64,000 bases of DNA from a bacterium (lineage in GTDB: Bacteria; Acidobacteriota; Blastocatellia; HR10), in NCBI GenBank assembly GCA_041640655.1, contig JBEPZV010000001.1, forward strand, positions 1 through 64,000. Direction: 5' to 3'. The notes beneath the pieces are model-generated. The model saw only the letters and a program-made list of their open reading frames with translations. It did no database searches and was not told the DNA's origin. Position 1 is the stretch's first letter; each line of letters starts with the position of its first letter. A program made the position numbers and the translations under genes. This document shows, piece by piece, positions 53,017 to 61,922 of the stretch.

Positions 53017-53580
53017 TCAGATTCCCCGCCGCAACAGGCGCAACACCACTTTCCCGCCAAGTCCAAGACCATCCTCGCCCAATGGCTCAAAGTTCTCAAC
53101 GGTGAGACCGGGCGGACGATCTGCATGGCTGGGATGAAGCTTCCCAGTCACGCGGATTTTCTTCCCCACGAGGTCAGTCCGTTTGCTGAGTGCGGCTGCC
53201 TCTGCTCCACCGGCCAACACAAACGGATGGTCCAACCCGGGAACATCGAGCGTCGGGAATTCTCCCTGCGCAATCAATGTCCCATCAACCACCACCACAA
53301 TAGCGGCTGGGGTGAAGCCCGCATCCCGGAGCGCCTGGGGGATCCGAACGGGATCGAAGGATTTTCCGGGCCGGGGAAACACCTCCACTTCTCCTCTCGC
53401 CAGGTTCACGTCGGCACGATCAACGCCTTCCAGGCGCTGGAGGGCTTTCTGTGCCCCTCGCGCTCAAAGGGGACAGAAGAGGCCGTCAATTTTAACCGTC
53501 GCCCTCACCACCTGAGCCGATACCGGCGCGGCGGAAAAAAAGCCAAGCAGAAGCAAAAGCCATAGGCTTGGTCTGTTCAT
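53017..53580 (-). CDS. Putative selenoprotein: secreted HMA-domain protein with CxxU (Sec codon 53464-53466)
   Basis: MNRPSLWLL..VKIDGLFCPL-TGA-ARGAQKALQRLEGV; in frame with ORF 53017-53409; hairpin 53421-53439. Confidence 0.85.
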
Positions 53581-53635
53581 CAGCTTTCTCATGTTCAAAC
53601 CCTCCGAAGAAATCGGGTCGCGTCATCCGGAGCTC

Positions 53636-54649
53636 CTAGAACAAAAATCGGAATCCGAGAAGAAAGGTCGAACCAGGCTCCGGTTGCCTCCCGTTGAGGG
53701 CCCGGACGACCGGAATCGGAGCCGAGAATTCGACCAAAAATCGGTCGCTGAGGAAGTACTGGATTCCCGGTGAGACCGAAAGCGTCGTCCCGCCGGTGTC
53801 AGGCACTTCCTTGCCCTGGCGGCGGGCGCGAGCTTGCCAGGTGCCGTTCATTTCCACGACGAGATACGCCCCATGGCGGAACAACCGATCAAGGGCCCTG
53901 CGCGGCCACCCGGCCCGAGCGCCTGCCGCCACGTTGTTCGATGAGATGACAAAGCGCGACAGCGCGGCGTCAAACCGGAGCCGGTCGCCCACGGACAGAC
54001 CCCCGCGGTTCTTGGTCGCATGAGTGTACTCGAAATCGCCACTGAAGACGTACTTCAACCTCACCGCCTTCTGGAAGATCATCCCGCCGGTGTACTCGAC
54101 CGCCCCCGTCGAGAACCGGTCAGCGCCCGTCGGCACCTGCAATCCAAAAACTCCCGACAGCCGCGTCATCCCACCGGGGGCGTTGCGACTGTAGAGCCCA
54201 TCGTACTGAACGAACACTCGCGCGTCGGCCAACCCACTCACGCGCTCTCGCTCTGCTTCACCTCCCATCCGATGGGTCACATCTACGATCGCGTAAGGCT
54301 GAGCCAGGATGACCATCCAGCCCGGAGAAAATCCGTAGACAACGGTCACCGCCGGAACATACTGAGTGACGCCGACCGATCCTTCCTCCATTCGAAGAGA
54401 AGAATGCCGAATTTCAACGGATGAGCGGATGAGCGTCGCCCGATTGAAGAGCGTCCGGGCGCTCGGCGCCACGATGGTCTGCGCGCGCCCGTCGGCCGAT
54501 GAAAGCCCCATGCCGCCGATGAGCACGAGCGCGATGCTCCAGGACGCCGGTCTCCGAAATCGCGCAGGCTTCCCGGCCGGCTTTCCCCAAGGCCCAGCCG
54601 TCGAGGCGAAGGCCGCTACAAATTCCGACGTTTCCGACCGACGCGGCAT
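53636..54649 (-). CDS. Outer-membrane beta-barrel 'transporter' (MetA-pathway/phenol degradation-like); start uncertain
   Basis: GLAD, PTG, TGGTTLSVSPG, terminal F. Confidence 0.75.
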   Translation of the reverse strand: MPRRSETSEFVAAFASTAGPWGKPAGKPARFRRPASWSIALVLIGGMGLSSADGRAQTIVAPSARTLFNRATLIRSSVEIRHSSLRMEEGSVGVTQYVPAVTVVYGFSPGWMVILAQPYAIVDVTHRMGGEAERERVSGLADARVFVQYDGLYSRNAPGGMTRLSGVFGLQVPTGADRFSTGAVEYTGGMIFQKAVRLKYVFSGDFEYTHATKNRGGLSVGDRLRFDAALSRFVISSNNVAAGARAGWPRRALDRLFRHGAYLVVEMNGTWQARARRQGKEVPDTGGTTLSVSPGIQYFLSDRFLVEFSAPIPVVRALNGRQPEPGSTFLLGFRFLF

Positions 54650-54663
54650 GTGACGACCCGTTG

Positions 54664-54963
54664 TCAAAAGAGGCGGAGGCTCCAAAGTAAGGCCGAGACG
54701 CCCGTCCCCGCCCACACCGTGAAGCGAGCCGTTCGCCCTCCCTGCCCCTTCACGTTCACCAGATAATGCGCGCGCAGCAGAGCGTACACGGTGAGGGCCC
54801 CGAAGATCGCCTTCCCGCGGGCGAAGATCACGTGCGCGGCGACGGCCCCTGCTGTCCCGAGCAGGGCGAACACCGTTGGCGCCAGTCAGCACCAGGGGAG
54901 CGACGCCAGTACCGCCACCCCACTGCAGATCGGCCCCCACCGCCAAGCGCGCCGCTTCTCCAT
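54664..54963 (-). CDS. Putative selenoprotein: MerT-like transporter with CU (Sec codon 54886-54888)
   Basis: AAGGAGG RBS; MEKRR..LASLPWC-TGA-LAPTVFALLG; 3 TM; hairpin 54847-54866. Confidence 0.78.
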
Positions 54964-55053
54964 CTCGGCCTCCTTTGATCCACCGGGGAGTGCCCGCGCA
55001 GACGCTCCCCGGGGCACCCACTGCGATCTATACTCGAGTAGTGACTGACGCCG

Positions 55054-55227
55054 TCACTTCTTCAGCGGACAGGCATCGCGGCAGATGATCTTGCCCGTGA
55101 GCGGGCAGACGATCCGACCCGGGCAGCTCGATGGGCTCTCGGACGATGCCTTGAACCCATAGAGCGCTCCCGATCCGATCGCTCCGCTCAACACGAGCAG
55201 CAACACGATCCGGCGCATTCGTCGCAT
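55054..55227 (-). CDS. 57-aa secreted/anchored Cys-rich peptide (below ORF track cutoff)
   Basis: MRRMRRIVLLLVLSGAIGSGALYGFKASSESPSSCPGRIVCPLTGKIICRDACPLKK; GGAGG RBS right after merR. Confidence 0.72.
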   Translation of the reverse strand: MRRMRRIVLLLVLSGAIGSGALYGFKASSESPSSCPGRIVCPLTGKIICRDACPLKK

Positions 55228-55230
55228 CGG

Positions 55231-55680
55231 TCATCCCTCCTTTCCGTGATCTGGGCGGTGATGCCCGGCCAGCGTCATGATGAGCGAGCAGACGTAGGGC
55301 GAGGAGTCTGCTTGATCGGGCATCGCGTCCAGTTGGGCGAGCAGAGCGGATAGCTCCCGGCGAAAGGCTCGCAGTTCGGCGATCTTTCGATCCAGCGCCC
55401 GAAGCTTTTCCCGAAGCAAGGCTCGGACTCGCGCACATGGCGATCGCCCCTCGCGGCTGAGCATGACAAGCTCTCGAATCTCCGCCAGCGACAGCCCCAG
55501 CGCCTGCGCCGCTCGAATGAAGCGCAGCCGCATGAGCGCCGCCTCATCGTAGAGGCGATAGCCCGAACGCGTCCGCGCCGCCCGCCCCAACAATCCCTCC
55601 CGCTCGTAATAGCGAACCGTCTGAGGCTTCACCCCCACGGCCCGCGCCAGCTCGCCGATGTAAAACGTCCGACCCGACAT
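55231..55680 (-). CDS. Heavy-metal MerR-family regulator
   Basis: YIGELA..TVRYYE..GYRLY..GLSLAEI; SPC, VC. Confidence 0.92.
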   Translation of the reverse strand: MSGRTFYIGELARAVGVKPQTVRYYEREGLLGRAARTRSGYRLYDEAALMRLRFIRAAQALGLSLAEIRELVMLSREGRSPCARVRALLREKLRALDRKIAELRAFRRELSALLAQLDAMPDQADSSPYVCSLIMTLAGHHRPDHGKEG

Positions 55681-55704
55681 CTCACGCCTCCTTTCACACT
55701 CGCT

Positions 55705-55736
55705 ATTCTAAACCTTGCAGCCAACTGCAAGGTCAA
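55705..55736 (-). promoter_or_regulatory. MerR-type promoter-operator
   Basis: TTGACC-20 bp-TAGAAT with perfect dyad ACCTTGCAG-N4-CTGCAAGGT. Confidence 0.88.
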
Positions 55737-55817
55737 GCCCCATTTTTCAGCGCGGGCAGAGGGAGCGCCCCTGGAGAGCTTCGGTGTGTAATCTCGATTA
55801 CTGAACGGCTCGGTCGG

Positions 55818-56594
55818 ATGGCGTTAAGCTGGTGGCTCGATGCGAATTTCCGATCTCTGCGAATTTCCAATCTGCCGGAGACGATCATGACCGATCGAAG
55901 AATACCGGACGGCATTGTCCGAGGCCGGAACGCGAGGCCCTCCATCCGGCCGCGCCTACGGCCGACTATTTCGGCCCACACGATACTCTCGACAGCCGCG
56001 CTGAGATGCTCAGGAGCACGAGGGACCGTCCGCCTCTCGCATGCACGCGTTGTTGTGATCGCTGTCTCCCTGGTTGCCGGAATATCGTTCACTGCCGGCA
56101 GCAGGGGCGCATGGTCACGCGTCTCGGCTCATGATTCGACTCTCGCCGTTGCCGCCGACAAGGATGCTGATGAGAGGGGTCGGCCCGCGCCGGAGCTCGA
56201 GCTTGTGGATGTTCGCGGTCGCCCGGTGCGTTTGGCCGCCCTCCGGGGTAAAGTCGTGATCGTGAATTTGTGGGCGACCTGGTGCCCTCCCTGCGTGATG
56301 GAAGTCCCGACCTTCAAGAAGCTCCACGCGACGTATCGAGATCGGGGGCTGGAGATCATCGCCATCTCTCTAGACGAGGACGAACGAGAGGTCAAAACGT
56401 TCATCCGGGAACACGCCCTCCCCTACACCGTCATCCTCGGCGATGAACAGATCGCGGAGAAGTTCGGCGCGTTGACGGGACTCCCCATGACGTTTTTCAT
56501 TGATCGGAAAGGGCGCATCCGTGCCGAGCACGCCGGTTTCATGGACGAGGAAGATTTCGTCCGCGAGGTCGAACGATTGCTGTCGGAGCCGTGA
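55818..56594 (+). CDS. TlpA-family thiol:disulfide oxidoreductase (true start probably downstream)
   Basis: NLWATWCPPC, GLP.TF.IDRKG. Confidence 0.85.
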   Translation: MALSWWLDANFRSLRISNLPETIMTDRRIPDGIVRGRNARPSIRPRLRPTISAHTILSTAALRCSGARGTVRLSHARVVVIAVSLVAGISFTAGSRGAWSRVSAHDSTLAVAADKDADERGRPAPELELVDVRGRPVRLAALRGKVVIVNLWATWCPPCVMEVPTFKKLHATYRDRGLEIIAISLDEDEREVKTFIREHALPYTVILGDEQIAEKFGALTGLPMTFFIDRKGRIRAEHAGFMDEEDFVREVERLLSEP

Positions 56595-56715
56595 TTCATC
56601 CCGGCTCCGCTTCTCCTCTCGATGATGCGAATGTGGTAGACTCATGTTCCGTGACTCGCCGAAAACGGCCGACACGGGGTACAGATCGCAAGGGATGCCC
56701 TGAAGGAGGTGAGGA

Positions 56716-57828
56716 ATGATCGTGACGCTTCGACGATTCGGCCGGCTGACCGCGCCGCTTGTCGCTCTGTTGACGATGGGACTTATGAGCGCTGCTTCTC
56801 AGTTCCAGAAAGACAAACTCTTTGTCGTCACCCAATTTCCCCCGGAGTTGAACGATCCGGAGTTCATCCCCGCCACCCATCCCGACGGTGGCTACCTGGA
56901 TGACACCGAGACGGTGATGGGCATTGCGCTCGAGGGAGAGAGCCGGGCCTATCCGCTCCGGATCATGGCCTATCATCATGTGGTCAATGACGTCGTCAGG
57001 GGCCGCCCCATCGTCCTGGCCTACTGACCGGTCTGCGGGACGGGAGTCGGGTTCGACTCCGTGACACAGCAGGGGAGGCGGCTCATGTTTAAGCCGCACG
57101 GATTGTACAACGCCGAACTCGTGTTCGCCGACACCGAGACGGGAAGCGTCTGGTCGCTGACGAGCGGCGAGGCGATGGAGGGTCCGCTCGCAGGCCAAAG
57201 ACTCAACAAACTCGCGGTCGTGCAGACAACCTGGGCGAAGTGGAAACAGCTCCATCCCGACACGCTGATCGTTTCCAACCGGACGCCCCATCAAGCCCAC
57301 TACAAGCCGTTTCGCTGGCAGCCGCGCCAGCTCAGCTCCGTTTTCGAGCGCACGCTCACGCATCGAGATGAGCGACTGGGAAGAATGGAGCTGGTCCTGG
57401 CGGTGGCCCTGGGCGATGAACGCAAAGCCTATCCCTTATCCACGCTCAAGCAAGCGGGCGGCGTGGTGAACGATGTCGTCGGCGGCGTGCCGATCGTCGT
57501 CTTCTACGATCCACAGACGAACACCGCCGCCGCTTACGAGCGCAAGCTGGGCAAACGGGTGCTCCGCTTCGAGAACGCAGATCGGCAGGGCGAACGGGCA
57601 CCCCACGCGACCTCCAGTTCGCGTGGGGACCCCATACGGCTCGAGGCGGTGGATACGGCGACGCGTTCCCGGTGGAACCTGGCCGGTCGCGCCGAGTCGG
57701 GCCGACTGCGCGGCGAGCAACTTGCAGCCGTGCCGGCTCACACGGGAGCCTGGTACGCCTGGGCCGCCTACTTCCCGGATACGAAGATTTACACCTCGGC
57801 CGCTCGTCAAAGGGAGCGCCAGAAGTAG
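56716..57828 (+). CDS. Putative selenoprotein: DUF3179 protein, UPVC (Sec codon 57025-57027); REP insert at 57596-57633
   Basis: RAYP...HHVVND..PIVLAY-TGA-PVCGTG continues in frame into ORF 57061-57828; hairpin 57043-57060. Confidence 0.87.
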
Positions 57829-57844
57829 AGGCATATGACTGCGC

Positions 57845-57882
57845 GGGGTCCCCATGCGATCTATAGATCGCATGGGGTGCCC
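57845..57882. repeat. REP-like element (identical to 37861-37898)
   Basis: ggggtccccatgcgatctatagatcgcatggggtgccc. Confidence 0.9.
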
Positions 57883-57990
57883 GAGCGCCCATGTCACGTC
57901 TTTCGCGATCGCCGCCATCGGGTGTTCAAGCGGAGGTTCACGGAAAGGGACTCCGCATTCGGCCAAAATAGATTATGTGGAGGTCAACCG

Positions 57991-58488
57991 ATGAACAGCG
58001 CTGTGGTTTATCGTTCGCGGGTACGGATTGAGCGCGTCGCGGGTCCGCTCCGGCGGGCTTATCTTCCGGCGGAAGCGCTGCCCGTTCTCTTCGGCGTCCA
58101 TTCCGAAGTCGCCGCGCACTACGGCGTTGATCCGCGTGTCCATGAACCGCACGCCACGACGCTCGATTATCTGGTGGCGGCGGCGGCGGGCTGACTCACC
58201 GGCACCTTCGGTGGCGCGCTGGAAGCGCGCGGGATCCCCGCCGGAGAAGGACGGCTCACCTCGGAGGCCACGGGCGAAGTGGAAGCCGACGGGCGCGTGC
58301 TCATCGTGCGGCGCATTCACGTGACGTATCACCTGCGCCTGAGACCGGACAAGCGCGAGGCCGCCATCCGGGCTCACGAAAAGCACGCCGAATACTGCCC
58401 CGTCGCTCGAACCATCGGCGGCTGCGTGACCATCACGACTTCGCTCGAGATGGAGGACCTCGCTGAGGATGCTGCCGATACCGGTTGA
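57991..58488 (+). CDS. Putative selenoprotein: OsmC-like protein (Sec codon 58192-58194)
   Basis: LDYLVAAAAG-TGA-LTGTF...YCPVARTI; hairpin 58214-58230. Confidence 0.87.
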
Positions 58489-58520
58489 GCCGACACCGGG
58501 GAGAAGTTCATTCGGCAGAG

Positions 58521-58559
58521 GAGTGCCCCATGCGATCTCCGAATCGCATGAGGATCCCC
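58521..58559. repeat. REP-like element
   Basis: gagtgccccatgcgatctccgaatcgcatgaggatcccc. Confidence 0.75.
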
Positions 58560-58637
58560 GTGCGGTTTCTCCGCCGAAAGCCGGGGCGTGAGTCCTTTCG
58601 ACAGCATTTTCAGCAACCCCATGGTGGGAGGTCAACG

Positions 58638-59642
58638 ATGAAGACATCGGTTCTGATTGCCGCTCTCTGTTTCATGATGGGTCCGGGCGGGCTCATCGCG
58701 TTCGTTCAAGAGAAACAATACCTCGATGCGGGTCCGGGCCAGCGCCCGTTCGACGTCACCAAGCGCTCGGTTCCGCTCGAAGACATTCAAGGCGGCGGAC
58801 CGCCTAAAGACGGCATCCCGGCTCTCGACTCGCCCACATTCGTCTCGGCTCGCGAGGCCGAAAAATTCCTGCGTCCTTGGGATCGCGTCTTAGGCGTTTC
58901 GCTCGCCGGCGCGGCCAAAGCCTACCCGATCAAGATTCTCAACTGGCACGAGATCGTCAACGATCAGGTTGGGGATCGGCCCATTCTCGTCACCTGGTGA
59001 CCGCTCTGCAGTTCGGGCGTCGTGTACGACCCGATCATTGACGGCAAGCGATTCACCTTCGGCGTGTCGGGCAAGCTCTACAAGGCGGCTCTGGTCATGT
59101 ACGACCGCCAGACCGAGAGCCTCTGGTCGCAGCTCATGCAAGAAGCCATCGCCGGCCCGATGACAGGAGCGAAGCTCGCCATCCTGCCGAGCCTCCACAC
59201 GACGTGGGAGCACTGGCGGGCGCAACATCCTCAGACGCTCGTCCTCTCGCCCGAGACGGGATTCCGCCGCGATTACGGCTTGAATCCCTATCAAGAATAC
59301 TGGGAGATGGGCCAGCCGCCCCGTTTCCGGCGCCCGCCCAAAGAGAAGAAGTCGGATGTCAAACTCAGGCCCATGGAGCGCGTGCTCGGCCTCTCAGTGG
59401 ACGGCGTGAAGAAGGCCTATCCCTTCTCCGTGTTGAAGAAGAAGCCCGAGCGATTTGAGGATCATGTCAGCGGGAAGAAGGTCATCATCCACTTCGACAA
59501 AAAATCGGAGACCGGATACGTCACCGATGAGCGTGGGATTCTCATCCCTTCGATCGCGCTCTTCTGGTTCGCGTGGAGCGATTTTTATCCCGATACGGAG
59601 GTCTACGGCGAGGAGCCGTCACAGCAACAGCCGGTCCGCTGA
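58638..59642 (+). CDS. Putative selenoprotein: DUF3179 protein, UPLC (Sec codon 58998-59000)
   Basis: GGPPKDGIPA, KAYP..WHEIVND..ILVTW-TGA-PLCSSG..FGVSGKLY; hairpin 59013-59034. Confidence 0.9.
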
Positions 59643-59766
59643 CATCCGGTAGGCCGCCCTGAAGAGGGCCTCCGGCTCACAGGGACGCGGGCGCAGCCGC
59701 CGCGCCTTCATCGAGCTGTCATCTTTGCGTGCAGGCATCATATCCCTTGGGAGGATCTCGCACGAA

Positions 59767-60230
59767 TCAACGACGCCCTGCCCTCGAATCTGCCCACGCC
59801 GTTGGCGCGATGACCGTCACGGCCAAATCGCTCGGCGCAGGCATCCCGCTGCGCGGATCAATGATGTGAGCGATGCGCCGACCGGCCACTCGCGTCGCGT
59901 TCTCACATACGAATCGGAAGAGCCAATGGCCATATCGCTCAGCGCGAGCGTCAAGGCCATGCGCTCGGGCCGGGCCGGATCCCTCACGGAGACGCGCCAA
60001 GGACGATCATCCGGCCCCTTCCCCAGAGCGTAGATCGAGCTTTCGCCGAAGTTGATGAAGGCTCGCGCATGCCCCCGGGCGCGCGCGGCGCTACAGCCCC
60101 CGACGGAACATCGTCTCTCGCGACCGGCGCGATCTCAGGCGCTTGGCGTCGCCGACGCTTCACCGCGCCCCCAGCGATCTCCACGAGGCCGGCGATTTCT
60201 TCGTCTCCACCTCCGCTCACCTCCTCGGAA
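59767..60230 (-). pseudogene. apbE: ApbE (FAD:protein FMN transferase) remnants
   Basis: HIIDPRSG.P...VTVIAPTA..AD and FINFGESSIYALG found in different frames. Confidence 0.6.
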
Positions 60231-60649
60231 AATAACCACGGATGCACACGGATCAACACGGATGGCTCCTGTGGAAATGTGGCACGGGCGTCCCGCCTGT
60301 GTGCCATTTTCATCGTGTGTGGCGTGCATTCGCACATGAGCGATTCCTGAGGGAGAAATAGCGCGACACCCGGGCGACAAGCAGCGGATGATTTGCTCCC
60401 GATGGGCCGATCCATGAGAGACGCCCTCGGCCGCGTCACCTCTCGACCCGCTCGACCTCCGCCTCCTCACCCGGCTGTCCCCTGCGCTGTCGGCGGTGAG
60501 ATCCCCTGCGCACCAATACTGCACCCACGACGAGCCGATGGAGCCAGGCACTCACGGTCACCCCGCTCTCGCCCGCCGTGGGGTCACCGGACGAGGGTTG
60601 ATCAGGACTCACACGGTCAAAAGCCGGAGGCGACGACGGTCATGCCGTC

Positions 60650-61036
60650 TCACTTGAGATCCGACTCGACGCGCAATCCATCGAGAAACTTGTTGATCCC
60701 CATGAAGAGATCCACGACGGCGAGGGCCTCCAGCAATTCTTCAGTGGAAACACCCATTCGTCGCAATCCCGCCGTATGAGCGTTGATACAGTATTCGCAG
60801 TTATTGACGGTGGAGACGGCCAGGGCCAGAAACTCTTTCGTCTTCGGGTCCAGCTTGCCCGGCCCCATGATCACTTTGAAACGATTCCAGCTCGCTTCGA
60901 GATAGGCTGGATGATTCGCCATCGCTCTGAAGAGATTCGGGACAAAAGGCAAATTAAAGGTGCGCTTGATGTCATCAAAAATGTCTTTCACCTTCCCTGT
61001 TGCTTGCTGTTCAGAAGTCAAAGGTACTGTTGCCAT
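60650..61036 (-). CDS. AhpD-like peroxidase/CMD protein
   Basis: VPNLFRAMA, KE.LALAVS..NNCEYCINAH. Confidence 0.88.
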   Translation of the reverse strand: MATVPLTSEQQATGKVKDIFDDIKRTFNLPFVPNLFRAMANHPAYLEASWNRFKVIMGPGKLDPKTKEFLALAVSTVNNCEYCINAHTAGLRRMGVSTEELLEALAVVDLFMGINKFLDGLRVESDLK

Positions 61037-61190
61037 TTTGTTCCTCCATGAGTTTTTGATCAGATTCCTGCATGCGTGAAGATGGTACCCGCTGGCCCGA
61101 AGAGCTTAAGTAGTCAGGGTTACAGAACGCTTCCTCTCCCTTCGGCTAAGCTACACCCTGTGATGACCACGCCGAAAGGAGAGCAAAGTC

Positions 61191-61922
61191 ATGAGAAACA
61201 CCTGGCCTCAGATTGATCTGCCTGCAGGCTTGGGCACCGCCGAGGGGCTCACGGCAATCAATGGGATCATCTCCGGGCGACGGTACGCCAGCGGTCAGAT
61301 AATTTACAATGTCGGCGATAAGGCTGACGCGCTCCACATCATCGAAGAAGGGCAGGTGACGTTATCGGTCTTCTCTCTCGACGGCAAGGAAAAGATTCTG
61401 GAGATCCTCCACCACGGCGACATTTTCGGCGAGATGTTTCTCGACGAGAAGGACCGAGGCCAACAGCAAGCGCGAGCCATCACCGATGTGCTTGTGTCAA
61501 TAGTGACTCGCCGCGCCTTTCTGGAACTTTGCCGGCACACTCCCCACGGGGTCCCCAGGCGATCTATAGATCGCCTGGGGGGCCCGCAGGTGGTGGCGGC
61601 CCTTATGGGGGCGCTCATGAAACGGCTCCGAAACTTGCAAAGAGAGGTAGAGGATTTGGCCTTCTCCACCGCGCGAGAACGGTTCATCAAGTGGCTGGGC
61701 AAGTTGTGCGATGAATACGAGACCACGAAAGACCGTGACCCCCAGACGTGCATTGTGCGATTTTCCCAGGATGAACTGGCCCATCTGCTGGGCTTGACCC
61801 GCGAACGCGTGAATGCGCTGATACAGGAATTTAAGGGCGAGGGACTGGTCCAGTCGCATTACGGCTACGTCACCGTGAATCGAGATCAACTCCAGCGTTA
61901 TTTGCACCAATATCTGGTCTGA
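61191..61922 (+). CDS. Crp/Fnr family regulator (paralog of 41303-42052; REP insert at 61548-61585)
   Basis: GDIFGE, EDLAFSTAR.RF, CIVRFSQDELA..LG.TRERVN. Confidence 0.9.
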   Translation: MRNTWPQIDLPAGLGTAEGLTAINGIISGRRYASGQIIYNVGDKADALHIIEEGQVTLSVFSLDGKEKILEILHHGDIFGEMFLDEKDRGQQQARAITDVLVSIVTRRAFLELCRHTPHGVPRRSIDRLGGPQVVAALMGALMKRLRNLQREVEDLAFSTARERFIKWLGKLCDEYETTKDRDPQTCIVRFSQDELAHLLGLTRERVNALIQEFKGEGLVQSHYGYVTVNRDQLQRYLHQYLV

